This document shows positions 49,779 through 61,966 of a DNA stretch of 64,000 nt, piece by piece (position 1 is the first letter of the stretch; every line of letters begins with the position of its first letter). The stretch lies in contig NC_073396.1 of NCBI RefSeq assembly GCF_028641065.1, positions 13,020,001 through 13,084,000 of the forward strand. The letters run 5' to 3'. The notes below the pieces were generated by a model. That model was not told where the DNA came from. It was given only the letters and a program-made list of their open reading frames with translations, and ran no database searches. This DNA comes from Leucoraja erinacea. Lineage: Eukaryota. The position numbers and the translations under genes are program-made.

Positions 49779-51879
49779 TACGGAATTACATAATCTAAAC
49801 TAAGGGCCCTGGTGTTATTTGGTGAATCTGCCCTGAATTTTTTCCAAAACAATTATATCCCTCCCAAGGTGCAATACCAAGAATCAGTATGTGTAGCAAC
49901 ACTTTTTCTCTCGCAAATTCTAGTGCTCTAGTTTTAAAATGTAACATTCCATTTGTTTTATTCATTTTGTTTTAATCTGTCCAGTATATTTTAGTGATAA
50001 ATTCCCTTGGAAGCTAAAATTCTTTGAAACTCCTGTTCTCAGCTTGGAACCAATAAATATTAAGAATTCATTCCAATGTAATAGATGAGATCCCTGTACA
50101 TATCCTTTTCACGTTCTTCTTGGTTTACATATCATTTCCCTACAATTATTTTTATTACTTCCTCAAAATATTCAATTAGACATGACCTACCTTTACTGAA
50201 TCCACGTTGGCACTCTATTCAGCTCATATTTCACTAACTACTTAGTCACCATATCCTAAATCATAGATTCCAATAGCTTCTCAAACAACTGCCCTTAAAG
50301 CTGCGGCTCTTTAGATTCCTGGTTTGTCTCTTTATTGTATCAACCTTAGTAGTTAGGTTCAGATTTTAAATTATCTTTGTGATCTTCACTAAAAAGAACA
50401 ATAATTACATTAGTTAGGGAATAATTTTCTTTTATTATATATCATATTAAAGTATGACATAGAAATTAGTTCTGATGTCAGTTTCAAAGTTCGCAAAGTT
50501 CAAATAATCAAACGTTGTCAGCAGACAGCCATGAGTGCATATAATTTTGCATCAAAAGATTAGTTTTCAAATATTGTTTTCTGAAAATAGTGTTAAATCT
50601 TGTTAAATTGTGATGGAATTGTTTAAAATATAAGTTTACATGACCTCAACCCTGAAAGTAGTTGATATTTTTTGTCATTGAGCCAGGTGAGGGTGTGGTA
50701 CATTCCAAATCCGGTTCTTTCAGGAGATTAATATTTCTCTGGTAATTAAAAGAGCACTGTAAGAGTTGTTCTTATTTATTGACATTCTTCATTTCTCTGT
50801 GCCATTTCAATGATTATTGAGTTTGATTTCACATTAGACTTAAACGCATTGCTATTGCTACAGTACAAATTTTATGATAAATGATCTATCAGAATAAAAT
50901 TATGAATCGGTGAGAATGGCTTTAAGCTGCACAATACACTAAAAGTTCTGCTGAGAGAGGTATTCTAGTACTATATTTAGTTGAATTCATTCTTCAAACG
51001 CGATACATTTATGGTATCGTTTAGGCAGTGTTTCAGGTGCTCGTAATAATTGTTACACAATCCTAGCAACAGGAGCCAACATCACACTCACAATTATCTT
51101 CTTTATAGGTGTTGTGAGTCATAGTCATCACCAGTCAGCGGCCAAAGGTAACGTGGATTTTATCTAGAAGAGATTCAAGAATATTTATGTGACACGTGCA
51201 CTGGATATGAACCGGAACAATAAAATTCTTAGTTGCTACAGCTTTGCAGACACATTAGATTGAACAACAACAAAGAAATACAATACATTATCATTTATTC
51301 TAAGTAAACTACACCATGATAATGCACAAATCATAACAGTGCAAAGTCTGCAGTGGTTAGTAGGGGTGTATAGGGTGGTTAAAGAACCTAATGATTTATG
51401 GTAAGAAGCTGTTTAGAACCAGGGAGCAATGGTTCTCAGGCTCCTGTACTTCCTTCGTGATGGTGGTTCCTGTGAGAAAAGAGTATGGCTGGGATGGTGT
51501 GGGTAATTGATGATATTAGCTGCCTTCTTGAGGCAGAGCTTCATGTAGATAATTTCAATGGTGGGGAGGGCATTACCTGTGATGAACCAGGCAATCGGAG
51601 TTTGAATTTCCAAATGAGCTAATAATGCAACCAGGCAGTATGTTCTTCACGGTACTCTTGCTGAAGTTTGATGAAGTGCTCAGCGACATACCGATTCTCC
51701 TCAAACTTTGAAGGAAGTACAGTATGTAATTTCCATAGCACGGTACGATTACTCGTTTGCATCGGAAACAAGCTGGCAATGGTGGTGGCGCTTAACCAGA
51801 GGGCCATGCGCCACAGGAAGTGCTCCAACGGAGAGACAGAGCTCAAACCGGCAATGGCGGTGGTGCCTAACTAGAAAGT

Positions 51880-52033
51880 CTGGCATCTCAGAAAGTGCCC
51901 CAGACGTCGCTGAGATAGTTAATACTCTCAGTGAGTTAATTTGGGATGAGGATGGTGATTCTGACTTGCGCAAAATCTGACTTGCGTAAGGGTTCACAGA
52001 ACATAACCCATATGTAAGTAGGGAGTGCCTGTA
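51880..52033. mobile_element. Tigger/pogo-like terminal fragment
   Basis: Ends gtaagtagggagtgcctg|ta, similar to the TIR at 55417-55436. Confidence 0.5.
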
Positions 52034-52529
52034 CTGTACAGGTTTTCATGAGAGACATTTTTCATTAAATGACATCTCATTGAATATGAAATAAGAGTGA
52101 TTATAATGGGCTATTGTATTCCGCATTCTGGAACACACAGGCTGTTACTACATTAGTAGATCCCATTTGTGTTGCACTTGCTAAAAGGGACACTGGTACA
52201 TTCTTGCCAACAATGGCAGCAAACACTAATGAAATACTAGCTGGGGTTGTGATACTGAATTACCTAAAGGCAAATGAAAACACTAGTAACTGTTACATGG
52301 AGACTGAAAGCTGCATTATATTCTTGGTTTTTGAACTTTCCAGCGGTAGTTTCAGGAAGCAGTTATCTGTGGCTACTGAAGTTATGATTCCACCCAACGT
52401 TGCCCTTGCATTTGAGTTTAAAAATACCTAATCAAACATGTTTAAAATTAATGGAAATTGCACTAAGTTCTCCAGAGTATTATATATTTTTAGGAATTTA
52501 AACAATTAACCTGACCGGTAATGTCATAA

Positions 52530-53035
52530 TGTGTAGGAAGGAACTGCTGATACTAGTTTAAACGGAAGATAGACACAAAATAGTAACTTAGCGGGACAGG
52601 CAGCATCTCTGGGGAGAAGGAATAGGTGACGTTTTGGGTCGAGACCCTTCTTCAGACTAGAGTCAGGGGAAAGGGAAACGAAAGATAGACACTGAAGCAG
52701 AGAGATATAGAACAAATGAATGAAAGATGCAAAATAGTAGCGATGATAAAGGAAACAAGCAATTGCTAGCTGTTTACTATGTGAGAACGTGATGCTTGTG
52801 CAACTTGGGTGGGGGAGGGATGGAGAGAGAGGGAATACAGGGGTTACTTGAAGTTAGAGAAATCAATATTCATGCCACTGGGTAAGCTGCCCAAGCGAAA
52901 TATGAGATGCTGTTCCTCCAATTTGCGTTTAGCCTCACTCTGACCATGGAGGAGGCCTGGGACTGAAAGGTCAGTGTGAGAATGGAAAGGGCAATTAAGG
53001 TGTTTGGCAACCAGAAGATCAGGCAGTTCCAGGCT
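52530..53035 (-). mobile_element. Penelope-like 3' fragment
   Basis: Near copy of 17790-18290. Confidence 0.8.
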
Positions 53036-53757
53036 TACCTGTCGTGCTGCTTTCTTCCATTGATTATTTCACTAGTTTAGCAGGGCTCGAAATTAGTGGT
53101 TGCCCAGGTGCCAATGACCACCTAAAATGCCGCCGGGCAACCTAAATGCTGAGTCATTTTGCCCTGCAGCTTGGCACTGCAAATACTGGTTTATACCGAA
53201 GATAGACACAAAAAAATGGAGTAACTCACTGGGTCAGGCAGCATATCTGGAGAGAAGGAACGTGACGTTTCATATCGGCGGTGGCAACAGCTGGGACAAA
53301 GATACTAGGTGCGGCGTGACGGTGGGTCGGAGCGAATGACGGGCCCCGAACAGCATCAGCGGCAGCTACAGCGGCTCCTCCCGCACCCCGCCCGTCCTGA
53401 TAGCGACCGCTGCTATCCACTCAGCCAACGGCGCTTTCAAAGCAAACCCTCCTGCACGCCAAGGCCGGGATGGGGAGGGAGGCCTCCTTCCGCCGTCTGA
53501 AGAGCCTGTACCATTCGGCCCCGCACCTTCCAGTTGGGTGGCGGAGGAGGGGAGGTGGTGGCAAGGAGATCCCAACTGCCTCCCCCGTTGGCGGCGACAC
53601 CTGGCGGTGGACCAGCCAAGGCAGCGGGGCGGTGACGACGGTGTTGTTCGAGGAGCGCTGACCTTCCTTCCTCCCCATCTTCTCTGCCATCTCCTCTGCC
53701 ACTTTCTCTCCCTCTGAAAAGGAAAATATTATTAAGGCAAAGCCAATGTCAAACAGC

Positions 53758-55436
53758 TATAGAGACGCACCCCAACTTATGTCCTGTAGACCCATAAGTA
53801 AATCAGAAGTTACATAAGCCGGAGTCAGAAGTACTACTGTGCGCATGTAAATTTACTATATTTGTTCTATATTGTACAGCAGACACTTTATAAAGAATGA
53901 AAAATTGAATGCCATGTACAGTACTGGCTATTACCTTTATTAGGAATAATGATTTAAACTGATTTAATGAATTTTAATTTTACGATACAGTTTCATATAA
54001 TTAGAGATAAGGAATGAAAAATGATTTAAAAGTTGTTTCGTAATGGCAATTACCTTAAAACTAACTCATTCAAGTTTGCTGGAAGTAGCGTTTTAAATGT
54101 GGTGGATAACGAACAATTGCTAGATAAGGAAGATGCAGCAGATAAGGTTCTTGAGCAGGTTCTTGAACCTTTGCTGCTTCTAATTCCATAAGATCTCTAT
54201 TAGCAAATTCTTTCCCATGTGATTCAATTAGCTCTTCTATTTTGTCTTCACCAAATTATAAATTCATGCCTCATGATTTTATCTGCCACATCTTCATAGG
54301 TCTCGTCCTTCTCGAAATCTTCGAAGCCATGAACGAACTGCAGAAATCTTTTTTCCACACTGAATGCAAATAATTCTCCCCATGTCTTCGCAATGTTAAT
54401 ACTGTGAGACCGAGTTTGCATGCAGTGGGTGAAGAACTTTATCCACCTTCATATTTCTTTATCATCTTCACTTTCAATCTAAGTCTATTTTAGTATGTTT
54501 AAGAACGGGTTCAGCCCTTCTAGTACCAGTTTACCTTTTTCTAGTCATGACTAGGGCACAAAATCAACTGTTAATTCCGGTTCTAATATCCTCTCCTTAG
54601 TCTGGTTCAGTAAACCACTGAGTGGAACACTGTAGTCCAAACCCTTCTTTATTTGTATACAACACCGTGGGGCCGGCCTTGGATTCACTCACTCGAGCCC
54701 TCAGCAGCCTCACGTAAACAGAACAGTCGGAAAGACAACCGACCCACCCCAACGAAACGATCACCTTTACAGTATATACCCCTACACAGTGGCGGGAAAC
54801 TAACGGCGCAAAAGTACAGGGGGAGGCAACCCCTTTAGACCAATCACGACACCTATTCAGTACACAGAAACAAAGTAGAAACATCTTCAATACAAAGTAG
54901 AAATGTACAGAGGAAGGCAACCTGGACCAATCACGGGTACCGGCGGGAAGATACAGAAACAAAGTAAAAACATAAAACTTCCCTAACCAATTGCAGACAC
55001 GGAACAAGCATCAATTTATTGAAACGACAAAAACCTCTTTAGGAGCCCAGACTTAGTGGCAACAGGTGGGTCACATGGGTAGAAACTTCTTAGAGCTTCT
55101 TCAGAGGTCCTGAGTTAGTGGCGACAGCTAGGTCACATGGGTCTCCAGCACCTTGCAATGTATTGTCACCATCAGTGAAGTCCAGTCTTTCACAGACGCC
55201 TGCCATTTCCCAAAGCACCCAAATCCTTGCATATTCACAGGAGCTCCCATGCGGAGACCATGTGTGAGCATCTGTTAGAACAGCTGATTAGCTTGTAGAA
55301 ATGACCGCATGCAACAGCAGTAGTGCACTGCTACCAAGATTACCAAAACGCGCAACTCGGAAATTCAGCAGTGAATTGTTTACGTAAGTGAGTGTTTAGG
55401 TAAGTCACCAATTGCATAGGTTGGGGAGTGTCTGTA
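53758..55436 (-). mobile_element. Tigger/pogo-like DNA transposon remnant
   Basis: Imperfect TIRs (agacgcaccccaacttat ... ataggttggggagtgtctg|ta) and a transposase-like remnant QFVHGFEDFE at ~54320. Confidence 0.6.
54569..55157 (-). mobile_element. Probable solo LTR nested in the Tigger remnant
   Basis: TG...CA ends. On the minus strand, duplicated enhancer/CCAAT blocks, then a TATA-like box (~54775), then AATAAA (~54650). No TSD could be confirmed. Confidence 0.5.
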
Positions 55437-56127
55437 TTGGATTTGAGGCAAACTCCTAAAATTGTACATACCATTTTGTTAATTTATTGGATTTGAAACC
55501 CATCTCCGATTAGTTGGTAACGAGATACAGAGTATACTGATTCATGTGCATTAGTTATGTAAATGAGGACATTGTGTTGGTGAAAAGACAGAAAAGAACT
55601 CATTATCATCATAATCATTTACCTGTAAACCACAAGTTCCTAGTTAATTCTACTTCATTAGCTGTATCATTAATCAAAAGATTCTGATATACCACTGAAA
55701 TAACTCAAATGGAGATTTTGTTGTAAATTACAGACATTTTACGCGCCTTCTTTTAATTAATTGAGCTCATGTCTGGTTCAGTTGCAAATCTTGCATCATG
55801 CTGCGGCGCAAATGGGACCATTTTGTCAATGTTTTTGGTCTACTTCACATAAGAAAATCTAGTCACGTAACCAAAATATTCAAGAATGGGTGCCAGGCAC
55901 TGATCTGTGCCCCATAAGTACTTGTCCCGCAATAAGAAGGAAATTGTGTCACTTTTAAAACAAAATGTACAAATCACTGGCATACAGTGGTGCTTCTGCT
56001 AGATTTTAATGTTCATTCATTATTGTCATGTTTCTATTGTAGGTCCCTTCTGATGGCTTGACAAAGATAGATATGCATTTGCATATTGATTTATTTTTGA
56101 TAATAATTGCCCTTTGTGTTTTATCAG

Positions 56128-56242
56128 TGTGCTGCCAGTACAGTGACTCTGCCAGAAACCCTGCTGTTCATATCCACGCTTGATGGGAATCTGCATGCCG
56201 TCAGTAAACGGACTGGGGAGATCAAATGGACCTTAAAAGAAG
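56128..56242 (+). CDS. ERN2: IRE1-family exon 2 (start of lumenal domain)
   Basis: ttatcag|[38 protein letters not shown]|gtgaaa; IRE1 STLDG..HAVSK motif. ERN2 rather than ERN1 is inferred from adjacency to UBFD1. Confidence 0.88.
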
Positions 56243-57139
56243 GTGAAACTGTTTCTTAGGTTAAAGTAATATATTGAAAGAAACAATATGCCCTTAAGGT
56301 GTTTCCATATTTTAACTTAAATCTCTGATGTGTTGAGTGTTTCTAATTAATAACAAACTTTTCTCCACTCCCTATTACTTTATGAGACTTTGACCCCATG
56401 TTATCTCAAGGTGGGTGAAATAGCTTAATGGAAAACTGCTGGTCTTGTCGTATATACTTGCATTATTGCAAAATCGGTCTTCAGTTAATTTCTCTCGTAA
56501 ATAATATTATCTGGCACAATGAGACTCTTCTGCATTGGGGTTTAGATATTTTGTTGGGCAGTATAAAGGGAACAAATGAAGAGGGATTAAGGAATAATAT
56601 GATATGGATATTGCAATGGCGTTCTTTTCAGAAACAAAACTACATTTCAGATTGCACCTGATTGCTAGTACAAAACAATAGATCTTGTGAAAATCCTTCT
56701 CACTGGCAGCCGAGGTCATCCATGAGTTAATCATTTCTTAATAATAGTCACATGTGTAGGAGTGGCGAAGGATTTGTTAAGGTTTTGATATACTGAATTT
56801 ATTGTTGGTTTAAAATGAACAACATTTGATGTAGAATCAATAATCTCATGATCTTTAGTTACAGAATTTACTTAACAAAACAAGAAACATGCAGGTGGAC
56901 TGCCCCACTCCACAGTGAGCAAAAATTGACTCTTGTGCATTATTCATTTCATATCTCTGGGTCCTGGGTTCTACTTTATCTCCAGTTGCCTTCAAACTGA
57001 GGTTCTTAATATCTGCTGCCCTTCCCCAATGCTAGCCAGGCCACTAACCCCTACTCCTGCACCACCTCACACACCTCCCTCCCATTTGAGCTCCCATCAT
57101 TCTCCACAGTACCCCTCAGGGCCCACTGCCCTCAGAGCC

Positions 57140-58858
57140 TGGATTTGATTCCAGTCTTAATTCCTGTCAGGTCTTTACCATCTCCGCGACCTCTCATTCT
57201 CCAATGCAGAATGGTCTCTCCTCAGCAGAGGCCTTACCTTTGTACCCCTACGCCCACAGCCCAACAATTTCCAATGCTGTCATGACGTCGAGCTCTTCTT
57301 CCATCACTTCTGCCTCCAGGCCGATTTGTCTGGCAAGGATTCATGCCTCCCAGTGATGACTCCTTCTCCCATCTCCAATTTTCCTCCTCTTCATGGACTC
57401 CCCCTGCCAGCCTTCAACCTTCTTTAGACCTTTTTGTTTCCACTGCTGGCACAACATCAACTGTCATGACTTACCACTCCCTTACCCACTCTGAATGCGT
57501 TGCAGTCTGGCAAGCTGACCTCCACTGTGCTGACATTAGCTCTCAGTCACCTCCTCATACTTACCTCTTGACCATGACCCCATAGACGAACACCAGGCCA
57601 CCATATCCCAGATCATCGAATCTCATCACCTCTGACGATTATCCCTCCACACCCTCTAACCATATAGTTCCCCAACCCTATACTGCCCATTGCCATCTCC
57701 TTCCTAAAATATTCAAGCAGGACTGGCAGGCCGTTTCTATCTGCCTGCTTCTGCCTCACCAAACTAATCTGCAAATACCTCAATTCTATCTTGTTGCCCC
57801 ATATCCAGTCCCTTCTAACATACATCAAAGACATCATATATGCTGCTCAACAGTTCAATAACTTTCAATTCCTGGGCATCCATCATCTTTACCATGGATG
57901 TCGAGTCCCTTTGCACATCCATTCCCCACCAGGAAGGCCCTCCGATTCTTCCTTGAAAAGAGCATCTCGTAGAGTAACACTATACTATATTCTACACTCT
58001 ACTAACACTCTTTTCCACCTGACGGAACTTGTTCTCGGCCTCAAAAACCTCCCTTGTGACTCCTCTCCCATAGGCACAAGCATTTGGTGTTTGTCGAACA
58101 GTCCTTGTTCTAAATATACACTTTGCAGAACTCTATGATTTCATTCACTTTACCATTAACTTCTAACATGCCTTCAAATTCACTTGGACTTTCTCTGACA
58201 CCTCTCCCCTTTCTCGATCTCTCTTTTACCGTCACTGGGGACTATCTACTATAAACCCACTGACTCCCTCAGTTATCTTAATTACTCCACCACCATCCCC
58301 TAATCTCAATTTATCGCTCTGTGTTGCATCTGCTCCCAAGATTGGGCTTACCACTCTGGGACATCTGAGATGTCCTTTTTCTCTAGTACATGTGGTTTCT
58401 CCCCATGTTATATATGGAGCTCCCGTCTATGTCTCCTCTGTATCCCACAGATCTACTCTTCCCCTCTCCAGTTAGAGCACCAATAGTTCCCCTGGTCCTT
58501 ATCTTTCACGCCACCAGAGCAACATCCATCACGTCATTCTCCAATAATTCAGCCAGCATCATCGTGATCCCACCACCAGTCACGTCTTCCCATCCCTACC
58601 CCTTTGGCTTTTCATAGAGAATGCTCCCTCTGCGTCTTTGGTTTACTCATCACTTCCTACCCAACCGCCTTCTCCCCAGTACCTTCACCTGCAATCACAG
58701 GATATCTAACACATGTCCCAACACCTCCACTCTCACTACCAGCCAAGGACCTCAGCAGCCCTTTCTGGTGAGATACAGGTTCATGTGCACCTCCTCTAAA
58801 GTTATGCTGAATGTGATGGTTCCAGTGGGGTCTCCTTTACATTGTTGAGACCAAGCAT
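57140..58858 (+). mobile_element. Degenerate Penelope-like element (RT remnant through GIY-YIG)
   Basis: Remnant motifs LLPKI, TYIKD, TMDVESL, YYKPTDS, PLVLIFH and LYIVETK, with many stops and frameshifts. Confidence 0.75.
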
Positions 58859-58859
58859 T

Positions 58860-60300
58860 CTGCTTCAACAAAATCTCCATTCCAATCGCCAATAAAAATG
58901 AAGAGACCTGCTTCAATGACTACCACCCAGTAGCTCTAACATCAACTATTATCAAGTGCTTTGAAGAATTGGTAGTAACCCACATATGTGTCCGTCTTCC
59001 AGGCAAGCTTAACCCCTTGCAATTCGCATACAGTGAAAATAGTTTAATGGAGGATGCCATCTTTCTTGCACTACGTTCAACTCTGAATCATCTTTACAAT
59101 GAGATCATCTATATCAGGATGTTATTCATTGACTAGCTCAGCCTTCAACACCATAAAACCGAATCAGATAATGTTTAAGCTATTGGACCTTGACCTTGGG
59201 GCCTCCATATGAAACTGACTTCTGGGCATCTTCACCAACAGACCCCAGTTGGCTAGAATTGGCCATAACATTTCTTTCAACCTGACCCCCAACACTGCTG
59301 CCCCTCAGTGTTTTGTGCTCAGTCCCTTGCTCTACTCCCTGTATATAGCTGCATGGCTAAGTACAACGCTATCTCAATCTTTAAGTTTGCAAATAATACC
59401 ACTGTTGTTGGCTGATCAACAACAACAACAGTGAGATGAAGTACAGGAAACAGATTGAGAAACTTGTATTACAGTGTCAGCACGAGAACCCACCATGTAA
59501 TGTCAGCATGATGAAAGAGTTGCCCGTTGACCTAGGGAAGCAAGGGAGTGAACACAACCATATCCTCATCGATGGAGCTGTTGTAGAGAAATCAACAGTT
59601 TCCAGTTCCTGTGCATTCATATCACCAGCAACCTAACCTGATCCCTTCACATTGATGCGATGATCAAGAAAGCAACTGCGAATTTACTTTCTTAGCAGTC
59701 TCAAACAATTCAGCATGTCCACAAAAATTCTTTCAAGCTTCTACAGATATTCTAGAGAAAGCATTCGGACAGGATGCATCTCAGCCTGATATGGCAACTT
59801 ATGCTCTTGAAAGCCTAAATCTGCAGAGAGTAATGAACATGGCCCAATCCATCACAGACTCGTCACCTCCTTCCATCCAGTCCATCTTCACTGTTCATTG
59901 CGTCAGGAAGGCTGGAAATATTTACGAGAATGTCTCTTTTCTTTCTTCTATCTTCTGGAAGAAGATACATGAGCTTGAAAGCGTGGATGTCTGGACTTAA
60001 GAACAGCTTCTTATGCACTGCTATCAGATTCGTAAAACAATCAATCATCTGTTTTACACTCCCATCCCAGAGATGATGCAGCGTATTCTTACTCGTAAAT
60101 CTCCCACTTTTGGTTATTCCATTGTTATTCAGAGTTTTTTTTCTCAATTACCTTGGATTGCTCTATAATCTTTCACAATTATGCTGTATTGCACTCATGC
60201 TTATATTTTTTGTTGTGTTAATCATTACTGTTTGTACACTGTTTATTCTGTGAACTTTATGTGAACAAGGAATTTTATTGCACTGCGTATATCTGAATAT
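58860..60300 (+). mobile_element. Degenerate Rex1/Babar-type LINE (RT + 3' end)
   Basis: NDYHPVALTSTIIKCFEELV, PLQFAY, MLFID, VLSPLLYSLY, KFANNTTVVG remnants. Confidence 0.78.
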
Positions 60301-60423
60301 GAATATTTGGATTCTAAGAATCCTAAAACTTTCACATGTGTTTCTATGTGGTCATGTTGGCAAACATAAAATGTTTGGCAAGAGAGTGCATATCTTACCA
60401 CATCTCCAGTGCCAATTAACCAT

Positions 60424-60725
60424 GGGTGGCACGGTTAATCAGTGATAGAGTTGCTGCTTATCGTGCCAGAGACCCTGGTCTGATCCTGACTACGGGTGCT
60501 GTCTGTATGGAGTTTGTATGTTCTCCCCGTGATCTGCGTGCACTTTCCCTCCGAGCTCCGGTTTCCTCCCTCACTCCAATGACATACAGGTTAATGGGTT
60601 AATTGGCTTGGTTAAATTGTAAATCAACCCTAGCATGAAGGATAGTGTTACTGTTCGGGGATTGCTGGTTGGTGAGGACTCAGTGGACCGAAGGGCCCGT
60701 TTCCTCACTGTATCTAAACTAAAGT
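60424..60725 (+). mobile_element. HE1-like V-SINE
   Basis: Degenerate tRNA-like head, V-domain core tgtatggagtttgtatgttctccccgtg, CR1-like tail ending (ctaaa)n. Confidence 0.8.
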
Positions 60726-60972
60726 AAATTATACTAAGCTGACAAAATTATTCTCAATATGCTTGGATAGATAGAATATAGCTCTATGTTCTTTTCAAAT
60801 CTAAACTTCCTGCTATGGAATACGAAAAATAATCCTGAGTTTGTGTTTAGCATTGTTACAGGATTGATATTTAATACTGCTATCGGCTCCATGTTTAACA
60901 ATGTTATAGAATCTGATTAACACTGCTCTTGTCTCAAATAACACTGAATCTCATTTATAATTTCTATTTCAG

Positions 60973-61006
60973 ATCCAATCATTCAAGTTCCTGTCTACCT
61001 GGCCGA
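60973..61006 (+). CDS. ERN2: IRE1-family exon 3 (gene continues beyond window end)
   Basis: tttcag|(D)PIIQVPVYLA(E)|gtaagt; 34 bp, in frame with exon 2. Confidence 0.88.
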
Positions 61007-61966
61007 GTAAGTTACTGTTAAAATTTAATACTTGCTCTCTAAATATCAGATTTTATGGACAAATTTAAGGTTTAGTGGCTCACTCAATTCACGTGGATAA
61101 TCAAAAGTGGTAGACTGAACCATGTAGTGTACTATGCCTTCATAAAAATGCTCATTTGCGAAAAATGGACCAATTAGGTAATTAAAATATACATCAGCCA
61201 TCCTTGAAACTGTGACGGCATTCTGTTCCTTCTTCATTACTAGCCTTCCCATCCGTCAATTTAGGTAATACTCTTAAAGCCAACATTCATTCCTCAACAT
61301 ATCTTTTCCTGTCCCAGTATTTCTTCAAGAGTTTTCTGTTAAGCCTGCAATTTCACCTTCGGCTGTCTGATTAGACTTGGCCTAATATCTGTTTTGTTCT
61401 TGGTGCCCCACTGTGGAGTGAGACAATTGTGGACTATATTGCATGCTGGCATCTTTTAGAGATAAGCATCTAGCTAAAATTAGCCCCTCTCTGCCGGTTT
61501 ACACTGGTTTTAGTAGCTCACTCATAAATATGAGATTGTTTCTGGTTGATATTTAGACTTCCTCTAATTTGCGGCTAAAGATAACTTCTAAGCATCGCTT
61601 AGTATTCATTTTGCCATTACTTTCTGTCCCCTGTACTATGATATTAATTTCCAGTTAAATTACCTTCTATTTGCAGGATCAGAATTACTCCCAGCAACCG
61701 TTTCCATTTGTGCTCATCAAATGCAGTGGTAGTGTTATTTTAAAAAGTTACCTAATCTTGACAAGTCATCTGTGTTTGCAAACGTGGTTCTCATAAAAAG
61801 CACTGAGCATCAGAGATTTTTTTTCTGGTTTATGTACCATTTACCCAGAGGGTGGTGGAGGCAGGTTCTCTTGATGCTTTCAAGAGAGAGCTAGATAGGG
61901 CTCTTAAAAATAGTGGAGTCAGGGGATATGGGGAGAAGGCAGGAACGGGGTACTGATTGGGGATGA

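Noticed and set aside
53226-53702. CpG-rich patch with overlapping ORFs, resembling a promoter
   Set aside because: Embedded among repeat fragments with no associated exon or protein similarity; probably transposon-derived.
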